Assembly: GCA_963751505.1 (NCBI GenBank) | Contig: CAVVUM010000013.1 | Coordinates: 4,053 to 68,052 of the forward strand | Length of the DNA stretch: 64,000 nucleotides | Direction of reading: 5' to 3' | Source of the DNA: an uncultured Coriobacteriia bacterium | Lineage (GTDB): Bacteria > Actinomycetota > Coriobacteriia > Anaerosomatales > PHET01 | In this document: piece by piece, positions 31,911 through 43,307 of the stretch | Position numbering within the stretch: position 1 is the stretch's first letter | Layout of the letters: each line of letters begins with the position of its first letter | Position numbers and translations under genes: made by a program | The notes under the pieces: generated by a model | What the model was told of the DNA's origin: nothing | Seen by the model: the letters and a program-made list of their open reading frames with translations, nothing else | Database searches by the model: none

Positions 31911-34426
31911 CTACTCGTAGTGCAGAGCAGCGACGATGTCGAGCCGCGCGGCCGAGCGCGAAGGGATGATCGCTGCGAGCAGCGCGAAGGTGAAGCCTGC
32001 GATCACCGCCGTGACGATGCCCGCCCAGGGGAAGAAGTACGGCATCACGAAACCGGTGGCGTTCATCGCGTACACGAGCGCGTAGCCGAGGGCGACACCC
32101 CCCGAGACACCGAAGAGGACGCCGACGGCCGCGAGCAACAGCGCCTCGGCAACGACCATGCCTCGGATCTGCCTGCGCGTCGCGCCCACCGCTCGCAGCA
32201 TGCCGATCTCCCGCGTGCGCGAGAGCACGCTGATGGCGAGCGTGTTGAGCAGCGCCAGGAGCGTCGGCAACGCGAGCATCGCGATGAAGGTGTAGAAGAT
32301 GCCGAGCGTCTGGGAGAACAGCACCGACTGGGTGTCTTTGAACGACTGCGAGTCGTAGAGGATGAACTGCGGGTAGTTGGCGAACAAGCGCTCGAGGCGC
32401 GCCTTCACCTGCGGAATCGACGCTCCAGGCTCGGCGTTGGCAAGCACCATCGCGTTCGCGGTCACGCCGAAGTCGGCCTCGAGGTTGTCCTGCGAGATGT
32501 AGCCGGTCGCAAGCTTCGCGTTCAGGTAGTCGGTGGCGATCCCGACCACCTTGTAGCTCTTCATGCCGTTGGGCGTCTCCATCGACAGCCTCTGACCGGG
32601 CTTCACGCCGTTCTGCGCGGCATAGATCCCATTGACCATCATCGTGCGGCCGGTACCCAGCTTGGCCAGATCCTCCTGGGCCGTGTCCCCCGAGTAGGTG
32701 AACGACGCCACCTTGGGATAGGTAGCCGGGTCGATGCCCACGAGCTGCAGTTGGCCGCCGTTCACGCTCCCCATGCCGAGGCGCATCGTCGCAACCGTGG
32801 AGATGCCCGGCGTGGAGGCGACCTCGTCGACGAGGTCCTGGCTCGCGCCGATATGACTGCCGCCCATGAGCAGGCCCTGCGGAATCGTGACGAAGTCACT
32901 GCCGAGCGACTTGTCGATGTAGTCGAAGAAGCCGGCGTAGATCGAGGCGATCAGACCCACCATCGAGACGACGACCGCAAGCGAGACAAGGATGGCCGAG
33001 GCGGTCGCAGCGGCGCGTCCGGGCTGGCGCGTGAGGTTCGAGTTGGCGAGATCGGCGGTAACCGGTGAGATCGGCTCGATGATCTTGGAGAGCAGCTTCG
33101 ACAGCGGCTCGATGAGCGCGGGGGCGATCAAGATGAGCCCCACGAGGAAGAAGACCGCGCCCAGACCCACCGTCGTTGACTGCCGCGTGAGCAGCAGCGG
33201 TATCGAGATGCCGAGCGTCACCCAGCCGACGATGACCGCCTTGCGGTGGCCGCGCTCCGCGACCTCGGCGACTTGCGGACGCAGCGCCTCGATCGGCGTG
33301 ATGCGAGCGGCCTGTCGTGCCGGGATGATCGCTCCGAGCACGGTAACGCCCACGCCGAGCACGAGCGCGGCGATCCACGTCCCGAGCGTGAACTGCGGCT
33401 GTACCGGCCCAAGATCCATGTTGAGTGTGTTTGTCCAGATCGGCGCCATCGCCGCGATCCCCGCCGCGGCAAGCAGGTAGCCGAAGAAGAGCCCCAAGGC
33501 CGTGCCAAGCACGCCCTGCATCACGCTCTGTGCGAGGAAGATACCGAGGATCGTGCGCCGGTCCGCGCCGATCGCCCTCAGCATGCCGATATCGTGACGG
33601 CGCTCCGAGACGAGCGTGCGGAAGGTGTTGAGGATGATGAAGCCGCCCATGATGAGGGCGAACACGCCGAACATCGTGAATGCAAAGCGGCTGATCTTCA
33701 GCGCCGCAAGAAGCTGGTTCTCGGTGGAGAGTCCGCCGACCGTGAAGTCGCTTCCCACGGTACGGCGCACGACCGCCTCGACGGTCGCGCGGTCCGAGCC
33801 CGGCGTCAGGCGGCCCTCGACCGCGTTGGCTTTGCCGGTCACGCCAAGCATGCGCCCCGCGGTCGGTAGCGTGACATAGACCTCGGGCGAGCCAGGCGTC
33901 GATCCGCTGCTGAGCAGCCCGACGATCGTGAGTCGCTGTGTTCCCGAGACCGTCGGCACCTCGAGATGCCCGCCGACGCCGGTTCTGAACTTGTCGGCAG
34001 TGTCCTGACCGATCACCGCGGAGTTGCCGTCCCCGGCGGCGAGCATGCGCCCTGCCGCGATCGGGAACTCCCTGACTCGCATCGCGGTGCGCGGCTGGAT
34101 GCCGACGAGCGTCACCACGCTTTCGGGGCTATCGGTGGGCATGCCCACCGGCCGGCGCAGCAGTGGCGTGGCTGCTGCGACTCCCTCGACCTTGGCGACC
34201 TCCTCGGCGACTGCAGGATCGAAAGAGCCGCCGCTCGCCCCTGTGACCGAGAGATCCACCTGCCCTGCGGCGCCGAGCAGCACCCGGTTGAATGCGTCAA
34301 TCATGCCCGGCAGCATGCCGTTAAGGCCGAAGATGATCGCGACGCCGAACACCACCGCGAGCGTCGTGAGCAGCGTCCGGAGCTTGCGGCCCCACAGGTA
34401 GCGCCAGCCAAGTGTGATCGAGACGT

Positions 34427-34430
<4 letters not shown>
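31911..34430 (-). CDS. ABC transporter permease, duplicated MacB-PCD/FtsX type
   Basis: RTLLTTLAVVFGV, ERRHDIGMLRAIGA, RTREIGMLRAVGA and AARLDIVAALHYE. GTG overlaps the stop of the ATPase gene. Confidence 0.92.
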
Positions 34431-35164
<734 letters not shown>

Positions 35165-35253
35165 ATCTCCCGTCGTATGCCGATCGTTCCTGCAAACACC
35201 CCGCCGACCCGCCTTGCGGACACGCGAGGTACCGCCCCTTCAGCTTCTCGCGG

Positions 35254-35644
35254 TCAGGCGTCGCTCTCCGCAACACACCGCGTGGCCGCCTCCTCTTGCT
35301 CGACGCGACGCTTGTTCCACGGCCAGACTCCCTCGAGCTCGACGTCGAGCGACCATGACAAGAAGCTTCGGATCAGCACGAGAAGGCCAAGGACGTACAG
35401 GTTATCCAGGGTCGGCTCGACAGCGATCGTCCGGATGAGGTCGGCCGCGACCAGCACCTCGAGTCCGAGCAGCAGGCTCTTGCCAAAGATGCGGCGCAAG
35501 GTCTCGTAGGCGCCGGCCCGATCGCGCGCCAGTCACCTTCCTGCCCGCCAAGACCACCGCGGCGACGAACCCGCCGATGATGACCGCGACGCCAGCGACC
35601 TCGAAGAGCACGGAGACCGATGACATCGCCTGCTTCAGATCCAC
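35254..35644 (-). CDS. DUF1622 family membrane protein, frameshifted near 35520
   Basis: LLLGLEVLVAADLIRT...LGLLVLIRSFLSWSL signature. Confidence 0.85.
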
Positions 35645-35699
35645 GGGTAACTCCCTCCCGCACCAGCCGAGCATCTCGACCTCACGACGTGACGCGGCA

Positions 35700-36491
35700 C
35701 TACCACATGCGATATTCCCCGCCTCGCTCGTCAAGCTCCAGCCGGACGCCGAACAGGCTGCTCAGCCCGTCCGAAGTCAGCACCTCGTTCGTGCGCCCGT
35801 CCGCTGCGACTCCCCCGTCGCGCATGAGGACGACGCGCTCGATGCCGCGCACGACGTCCTCGACGTGGTGCGTCACCAGTACCAGCGTACGCCTGCCGGT
35901 AGCGAGCTGCCGCATCGTGTCGCGCAGCTGCCACGCCGCGCGCGGGTCCAGGCCAGCGCATGGTTCGTCGAGCACGAGGATGGCGGGGTCATGCACGAGC
36001 GCTCGAGCGATCAGCGCACGGCGGGCCTCGCCGGTCGACAGGGTGCGCATGTCACGATCGGCGAGCTCTTCGATGCCGAGCTCGACGATCGCGGCGTCGG
36101 TCGCCTCCAGGTCCGCAGGCGTGACCGACGCGCGCAGATGCGGTGGCACGCCGAGCGAACCGTACCGACCACCGAGCACGACCTCGCGTACGGTGAGGTG
36201 TACGTCGACGATCTCCTGCCATGCGTCGCTCACCACGCCGAGCAGACGCCGGGTCTCAACAAGCTCCACCCGCTCTCGCCCGAGGAACCGTACGGGGGGC
36301 GGGTCGGCATAGAGCGGCAGGACGTCACGGGTGAGCAGGCCGACGAGCGTGGACTTACCCGCGCCGTTGGGACCGAGGATCGCGAGGTGCTCGCCCTCGC
36401 GGATGGTCAGCGTCTCGACGCCGAGGATCTCGCGGCCCTCGCGCATCACATGCGCGCCTTCGAGCTCGAGCAACACCCGTCCACCGCTCAC
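35700..36491 (-). CDS. ABC ATP-binding protein (ModF/iron-complex-like)
   Basis: GPNGAGKST, LSTGEARR, LDEPCAGLD and VTHH. Confidence 0.9.
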   Translation of the reverse strand: MSGGRVLLELEGAHVMREGREILGVETLTIREGEHLAILGPNGAGKSTLVGLLTRDVLPLYADPPPVRFLGRERVELVETRRLLGVVSDAWQEIVDVHLTVREVVLGGRYGSLGVPPHLRASVTPADLEATDAAIVELGIEELADRDMRTLSTGEARRALIARALVHDPAILVLDEPCAGLDPRAAWQLRDTMRQLATGRRTLVLVTHHVEDVVRGIERVVLMRDGGVAADGRTNEVLTSDGLSSLFGVRLELDERGGEYRMW

Positions 36492-36616
36492 CTGTGGCAC
36501 CCTCCGCCAGCCCTCATTGCGTCCGAACGAAGCGTAGCGCACCGACGCCCTGCCGCCGGGGCAGGGCGTCGACAATCGGGCACACGTCGGTCGTGCCCGT
36601 TCTCACCGTGCGCTTC

Positions 36617-37063
36617 TCAGTTCTGCGCGGGCATTCGCCGCACGAAGTCGGGCACCGTGTCCTTCCCTATGTCGCGCAAGACCTGCATGCGCGCCAGCGG
36701 GTCGAGCGCTTCCATCTGCTCGCGCACGCGGGCTTCAGCCTCGGCGATGTGCGCCGACCGGCGCTCCCACGCAGATGACCCGCCCAGGACCGCCGCGCCC
36801 AGCGCCACGAGTCCGATCGGCAGGATCAGATGGCGGAACTTGCGCTGCCCGCGCACGAAACTCGTCACGCCGAGCGCAAGGCCGGTACTGATGAGCGTCC
36901 AGCCCGCGAACCCCGTGATCTGCTCGCGCTGAACGTGCTCGGCGAACTGACCACGGATCTCCTCGGCCCTGCGGGCGAGTTCCTCTCGGCGTTCATCCAT
37001 GCGGCGCGCCATGTCATCGGCACGCTCGCCGAACTGCTCGGCGAACCGCTCTTTCATCTTCAT
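36617..37063 (-). CDS. Hypothetical membrane protein (charged N-terminus, two TM helices)
   Basis: GGAGG RBS, clean ORF and two hydrophobic segments. Confidence 0.6.
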   Translation of the reverse strand: MKMKERFAEQFGERADDMARRMDERREELARRAEEIRGQFAEHVQREQITGFAGWTLISTGLALGVTSFVRGQRKFRHLILPIGLVALGAAVLGGSSAWERRSAHIAEAEARVREQMEALDPLARMQVLRDIGKDTVPDFVRRMPAQN

Positions 37064-37130
37064 GTCACGTCACCTCCACTGGGTAGGTACCCGCTCTCAC
37101 ACACCCTTCGCCTACGCGACGATCACTCTC

Positions 37131-37161
37131 TTGACCCTCACGTAACGTAAGGGTTTACGCT
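37131..37161 (+). promoter_or_regulatory. MerR-type promoter/operator (tipA-like)
   Basis: -35 TTGACC, 19-bp spacer, -10 TACGCT, with dyad ACCCTCACGT-A-ACGTAAGGGT (37134-37154). Confidence 0.85.
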
Positions 37162-37182
37162 CTGCGCGGAAGGAGGTGCGAG

Positions 37183-38049
37183 ATGGCCTACACCGTGGGT
37201 GAAGTCGCCGCGCTCGCGCACGTGAGCGTGCGGACGCTCCATCACTACGACGCGACGGGACTGCTGGCGCCGTCGGCCCGCACCGAGGCCGGCTATCGCC
37301 TCTACACCGACGCCGATATCGAGCGGCTTCAGCAGATCCTCGTCTACCGGGACCTCGACTTGCCGCTCGAGGAGATCGGCCGGCTCATGAGCGACCCGGC
37401 AGTCGACCGGCTCGGCGCGCTCGTCGCACAGCGAGCGCTCGTCGCCGAGAAGGTCCGTCGCGACGAGGCCCTCCTCGCACTGCTCGACAAGACGATTCTG
37501 GCACTGGAAGGCGGCATCACTATGAGCAAGGACGAGATGTTCGAGGTCTTTGGCGACTTCGACCCCTCGGAGTACGAGGAAGAGGTCGCTGAGCGCTGGG
37601 GCGATACGGACGCATACAAGGAGTCGGCCCGCCGGACCAAGCGCTACCGCAAACAGGACTGGGAGCGCATGAAAGCCGAGCAGGATGTCGTCAACGGCCA
37701 CATGGTCGCGCTCTACGACGAGGGCGTCCCGGCAGACGATCCGCGTGCCGCAGGCGTCGCGGAGGAGGCCCGCCTGCTCATCGATCGCTGGTTCTACCCG
37801 TGCTCGCGCGAGATGCACGTCGGACTCGCCGAGATGTACATCGCAGACCCGCGCTTCACGGCCACCTACGAGAAGATGCGGGAGGGACTCGCGATGTGGT
37901 GGCACGACGCGATCCTCGCGAACGCCGCTCGCGAGCGAGTAAGGCACGCGGCTGCGGGAAGATACTTCGGCGAGGCAGCTTCGCCGACGGAAGGACCCGC
38001 GCCATGCCGCGCTCGATCTGGAAAGGCGTCATCTCCTTCGGCTTGGTGA
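37183..38049 (+). CDS. tipA: MerR-family regulator with TipAS antibiotic-binding domain
   Basis: YTVGEVA...VRTLHHYD...GYRLY HTH; FEVFGDFDP, ERWGDTDAY and LAEMYIADPRF. True end is probably near 37942, since the ORF overruns into ku. Confidence 0.88.
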   Translation: MAYTVGEVAALAHVSVRTLHHYDATGLLAPSARTEAGYRLYTDADIERLQQILVYRDLDLPLEEIGRLMSDPAVDRLGALVAQRALVAEKVRRDEALLALLDKTILALEGGITMSKDEMFEVFGDFDPSEYEEEVAERWGDTDAYKESARRTKRYRKQDWERMKAEQDVVNGHMVALYDEGVPADDPRAAGVAEEARLLIDRWFYPCSREMHVGLAEMYIADPRFTATYEKMREGLAMWWHDAILANAARERVRHAAAGRYFGEAASPTEGPAPCRARSGKASSPSAW

Positions 38050-38828
38050 CGATCCCGGTAGGGCTCGTCACCGCCGAGGACAAGGCCGCCGACATCGACT
38101 TTCACATGCTCGACAAGAAGACCATGTCGCGCGTAAAGCAGAAGCGCGTCGCCGAGGCGACCGGCGAAGAGGTGCCCTGGGACGACATCGTGAAGGGGTA
38201 CGAGTACGCGCGGGGCAGCTACGTCGTGCTCGAACCCGAGGAGATCGATGCCGCGAACCCCAAGGCCACCCACACGATCGATATAGTCGCGGTAGTCTGC
38301 CGCGACTGCATAGACCCGCCGTACTTCAACCGCCCGTACTACATCGTGCCCGAGCAGACGGGGCGCAAGCCCTATGCGCTCCTGCGGGAGGTGCTGAGCC
38401 GCAACGGCCAGATCGCGGTCGCCCGGGTCGTGATTCGCACGCGGCAGTATCTCGCCGCTCTCTTCCCCGAAGGTGACGCGCTCGTGCTCGACTTGCTGCG
38501 CTATGCCGACGAGCTCCGCTCGGGCGCCGATCTCGATCTGCCGAGCACCGACCTCGCGGAGGTCGGAGTAACCGACAAGGAGCTCGCGCTCGCCGAGCAA
38601 CTCGTCTCCGCACTGGTCGAGGAGTGGGACCCTTCGCAGTACTCCGACACCTACCGCAACGACCTGCTCGACCTCATCAAGCGCAAGATCGAGGAGGGTG
38701 GCAAGACGATCACCGAGATGCCGGGCAAGGAGCCCGCTCCAGGCGGCGAGGTCGTCGACATCATGGAGCTGCTCAAGCGCAGCGTGGAGGCCGCGCAAGC
38801 CGAAGACCCCCACAGCAAGCAGGCTTAG
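38004..38828 (+). CDS. ku: Non-homologous end joining protein Ku
   Basis: RSIWKGVISFGLVTIPV, IVKGYEY, PYYIVP, YALLRE and VVDIMELLKRS. Confidence 0.95.
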   Translation: MPRSIWKGVISFGLVTIPVGLVTAEDKAADIDFHMLDKKTMSRVKQKRVAEATGEEVPWDDIVKGYEYARGSYVVLEPEEIDAANPKATHTIDIVAVVCRDCIDPPYFNRPYYIVPEQTGRKPYALLREVLSRNGQIAVARVVIRTRQYLAALFPEGDALVLDLLRYADELRSGADLDLPSTDLAEVGVTDKELALAEQLVSALVEEWDPSQYSDTYRNDLLDLIKRKIEEGGKTITEMPGKEPAPGGEVVDIMELLKRSVEAAQAEDPHSKQA

Positions 38829-41458
38829 GTGGGGAAGCTCGAGGAGTATCGGCGGAAGCGCGACTTCGGCACGACCCCCGAGCCGGCGGGCGAGCCGACG
38901 CCGTCGGCGGGCGGAGGTCGGCTCTCCTACGTCATCCAGAAGCACGCAGCTTCGCGCTTGCACTACGACTTTCGCATCGAGCTCGACGGCGTACTGCTCT
39001 CCTGGGCGGTGCCGAAGGGCCCGTCGCTCGACACCGCCGACAAACGGCTCGCGATGCACGTCGAAGACCACCCGATCGAGTACGGCTCGTTCGAGGGCGT
39101 GATTCCCGCGGGCGAGTACGGCGGTGGCACGGTGATGCTCTGGGACCGCGGTTCGTGGGAGCCCGACCATGGCGACCCGCGCGAACACCTTGCGCAAGGC
39201 CATCTCAAGTTCTACCTCTACGGCGAGCGGCTGCGCGGGCGCTGGATGCTTGTGAAGACCAAGGGGTACGGCGGCAAGAGCGCTGACAGCTGGCTGCTGT
39301 TCAAGGAGCGTGATGACGAGGTCCGGGGCAAGGCGGAGTTCGACGCCGCTGCCGAGTGGACGACAAGCGTGGCGACCGGCCGCACGATGGACGAGATCGC
39401 CGCCGACATCGAGGCGGTCTGGCACTCTGACGCGAGCGTGGAAGACAACGTCACCGCAACGCACGGCCTCGTGGGCGCTTCCGCCGAGGAAGCGGACGGC
39501 GGGTACCCGTCAGCGATCGCCCCACGCGTCGCGGAACTCGCCGGCGCGATCGCCGCGCCGATGCCCCACGCGATCGACGTCGAGCTGGCGAGCTTGGTCG
39601 AGGGCGTGCCCGACGGCGACCGATGGCTGCACGAGATCAAGCTCGACGGCTACCGGATGATCGCCTTTCTCGACCACGGAGCGGTGCGGCTGGTAAGCCG
39701 TTCGGGGCACGACTGGACCGAGCGGTTCGGGACCATCGCGGCTGGTGCGGCGGCGCTTGGCGCAGAGCAGGCGATCCTCGACGGTGAGGTCGTGGTACTG
39801 CGCGACGACGGGACGAGCGACTTCCAGGCGCTGCAGAACCACGCGCGGCGCGGCCAGGAGGCCCGCCTCCATTTCGCTGTGTTCGATCTGCTGTACCTCA
39901 ACGGTCACGACCTGCGCGGGGTGGCACTCGAGGACCGCAAGCGGTTGCTCGCGACGCTCCTACCCCGTCACACCGACGTGCTGCGCTGCGTGGACCACGT
40001 CGTGGGCCACGGCGACACCTTCCTCTCGCACGCCTGCGCGCTCGAGCTGGAGGGCGCCGTCTCGAAGCGCCGCGACGCGCCATACCGCTCCGGCCGGGGG
40101 CGCGACTGGGTCAAGACCAAGTGCCTCAAGCGCCAGGAGTTCGTCGTCCTCGGCTACACCGAGCCCCAGGGCGCTCGCACGGACTTCGGCGCGCTGCTGC
40201 TCGGCGTGCACGACGAGGGCGGGCAGTTGCGCTACGCCGGGCGCGTCGGCACCGGCTTCACCGACACCACCCTGCGCGACCTCGGCACGTTGTTGCGCGA
40301 GGGCGAATCCGCCACGCCGCCGATTCACCCTGTGCCCGACGACGTGCGCGGTCTCGCCGTGCATTGGGTGGACCCGAAGCTCGTCGCCGAGGTGCGCTTC
40401 GCCGAGTGGACCGCCGAGGGTGCGCTACGCCACCCTTCCTTCCTCGGCCTGCGTGAGGACAAGCCCGCCGAAGACGTCGTGGCCGAGAAGGCCACCCCAG
40501 CGCCCGCGCCCGAGCCGGCGGCCCCCGCCACGGCGGCTGCCGGATCCGCGCCGGTCGTCGCCGGGGTGCGGCTCACCAACCCCGACCGCGTCTTCTGGCC
40601 GGAAGCCTCGTTCACCAAGCTCGACCTCGTCCGCTACCTCGAGGCCGTGGCCGAGCCGATGCTCGCGCAGGTCGCCGATCGCCCGCTTTCGCTCGTGCGC
40701 TGTCCCTCGGGGTATACCGGGGAGTGCTTCTACCAAAAACACGTCGAGAACTTCCCGGGCTCGGTCGGCACGGTCGATGTCCTCGAGCCGCGCGAAGGCA
40801 CGACCATGCCCTACGCGGTAGCGAAAGACCTCGCCGGCCTGGTCGGGCTCGCCCAGATGGGGGTGCTCGAGATCCACCCCTGGGGTTCGCGCGCCGATGA
40901 GCATCGAGCGACCCGATCGTATCGTCTTCGACCTGGATCCCGGACGAGGGGATCGCATTTCGAACGGTCTCGGGCACCGCGCTCCTGCTGCGCAGCGAGC
41001 TACGCCGCCTGGGCCTCGAGTCGTGGGTGAAGACGACCGGAGGCAAGGGACTTCACGTGGTCGCCCCCGTGACGCGCAGGCACACGTGGGCCGAGGTCCA
41101 CGACTTCTCGCGCGCCTTCGTCGATTCCATCGTCGCGCTCGAGCCCGGCCTGTTCACCGCGAGCATGAGCAAAGCGGCGCGCGGCGGCAAGATCTTCATC
41201 GACTACGTGCGCAACGCGCGCGGAGCGACCGCCGTCGCAGCCTACTCGACGCGGGCCCGGCCGGGCGTGCCGGTATCCGCGCCGCTGTCCTGGGACGAAC
41301 TGGGGTCCGCAGCCGAGATGCCGGTGTTCTCGGCGAGGACGATGCCCGCCCGGCTCGCTGAGCTCGGCCAAGACCCGTGGGCCGACCTGGCGGGGACGCG
41401 GCAGTCGATCACGGTCGCCATGCGCCGACGGCTCGGGCTTCAGTCGCCCAAGCAGTAG
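38829..41458 (+). CDS. ligD: DNA ligase D (phosphoesterase-ligase-polymerase), frameshifted near 40900-40960
   Basis: YRRKRDF, HYDFR, EIKLDGYR, EGAVSKR, WVKTK, LTNPDRV, FYQKH, VFDLDPG, KTTGGKGLHV and IFIDYVRN. Confidence 0.95.
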
Positions 41459-43202
41459 AGGTAGCCGTCGCGGCAGCCGATGAAGACGTGCCCGTTCCAG
41501 ACGAGCGGGGTCGACTCGAACGCCGCGTTGCCTTCGAAGGAGTCGATCGCTTGAACGATACGGTCCACCACCGCCCGTCGGGGCTCGGTAGGGCGCCGTA
41601 GTCGCCCTTCTCGGCGGGCTTGTACTTCAGCCGATACAGCACGACCTTGCGCGAGTAGCCGGCGGTGACGAGCGTGTCGTCGACGAGCACCGGCGTCGAG
41701 ATCGATGCAGCCGACGCGGTCAACGAACACCTCGACGGGGGCGGGGGCCTTCTTGGCCGCGCCCGGGTCCTTTCGCCCGCTTCTTCGTGGTGCGGTCGAG
41801 CGAGACGACGCGGACGGCACCGTCGACGCTGTTGAGCGCTGCGAGCCGAGGGCGAGACCCGTCATTGTCGCCGTCGTTCGTGGTGAGAGACCCACGGAGC
41901 CGCCGGCCCACTCGCTGAACCCGCGCGTCGGTGTGGGGTAGTACCAGACGACCGCGTCGGCGGGCGGCTTCGAGGGGTCGAGCAGGTAGGCGCCACCGCG
42001 CTCGTCGACGTACTGCTTCTCGAGCGTCACCAGCAGTTTGTTGTCACTGGTGACGACCGGCGTCCCGTCGATGTCGCTGCCGGTCTTGAAGTCCCACACG
42101 ACCTTGAGGGTCCGCCGATCGAGGCCGTAGACGTGTCCGGCGCCCGAGGTGATGTAGATGACGTCGCCTATCGCCGAGGGCGACGACTCGATCGCGAGGT
42201 TCGCCTCACCCAGATCGGGGTGTGCGGTGACGTCCTCGTCGTCGTACAAGCGCGGCGAGCGTGCCAGCACTCTGGGCTCCCGGTGTTTACCCACCTTCTC
42301 GGTGGTGAACGGGTCGAGCGCGTAGACATAGCCTGGCTCGACCGGCGCGTAGAGGACGCCCTTGTACCAAAGCGGCGAGCTATCGACGTCTTGGCTGTAG
42401 TTGTCGGTCTTGGGGATGGGCAGACGCCAGAGCTCCTTGCCTTTGGAGAAGGAGACCGCCCGCAGCGGAGCGATGCGCTTGTCGCCGACCGAAAGGTCGC
42501 TGCCTCGCCTCGAGCCCGAGACCACGATGATCCGGGTGGCATCCTCGGATGGTTCCGGGTTGGCGACGACGGTGTTCGTGCCCTTCATGACGTCGGGCCA
42601 CTCGGCCTGCCACTTCACCTTGCCGGTTGCCGCGTTGATGCGGTGCAGGTTGTGGTCGTAGCCGCCGATGAGCAGCCAGTTCTTGTCGCCGCTGCGCACC
42701 ACGGTCGACTGCCCCGTCCAGCCGGTACCCGACCAGATGACGAGCGCGTTGTCGGCCTTGCGCTGAGTCGGCCCCCCGCCGATGCGGGTCTTCCACGTGA
42801 GGTTGAGGTTGTCGGGCGCAGGGCCCCACCCTTCGAGTCGCCGAGAGGCCCCGCCCAGGTAGGACTGCACCTCGATCGACCGCTGAGCGGCCGCGACCTC
42901 CTCGGAGACCGACGGCGCGGCTGCTTCGCGCTTCGCGTGGGCTCCCCCTCTCCCGCCACACGTGGGTCTCGGGGGAGGCGTGCGTCGCGGGGAGAGCCAG
43001 CACGCGCTGGCCGCAAGCGCGACGCCGACCGCGATGGCGGCGATCGTCCACTCGGTCCTACGTGAGCGACGCCGCGAACGGGGCGGCCGATACGGCTGGA
43101 GCGCCGGAGGCGTTTGACGCCGCCGAGAATCCCAGCTCGCCGCGGCGCGCCGCGGCGCGAAGCCGCGCGCCCGCCGCGCGCTCTGCCAGTTCCCGCGCCC
43201 AT
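41440..43202 (-). CDS. PQQ-like beta-propeller repeat protein (probably secreted), frameshifted
   Basis: Repeated WxFxTGxxIxxTP/SSP blades, GGYDHNLH and IGCRDGYLYCLG. Start uncertain. Confidence 0.7.
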
Positions 43203-43243
43203 GCCGCTAATCGTAGCCGACTCGCGCGCGAGGGGGTGCGCTG

Positions 43244-43272
43244 CTCAAGCGCGCGTCGCGCAATGCCGACTA
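43244..43272 (+). promoter_or_regulatory. Sigma28 (FliA/WhiG)-type promoter CTCAAG-N15-GCCGACTA
   Basis: Same -35 element and spacing as the 9390-9418 element, 35 nt upstream of the GGDEF-EAL gene. Confidence 0.55.
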
Positions 43273-43307
43273 GGTAGTACGTGCGAGTACCTACGAGAAG
43301 AGACCAC

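Noticed and set aside
37943-38049. C-terminal extension of TipA overlapping ku
   Set aside because: Similarity to TipAS ends near AILANA, and a TAA lies at 37940-37942 in a neighbouring frame; probably another indel.
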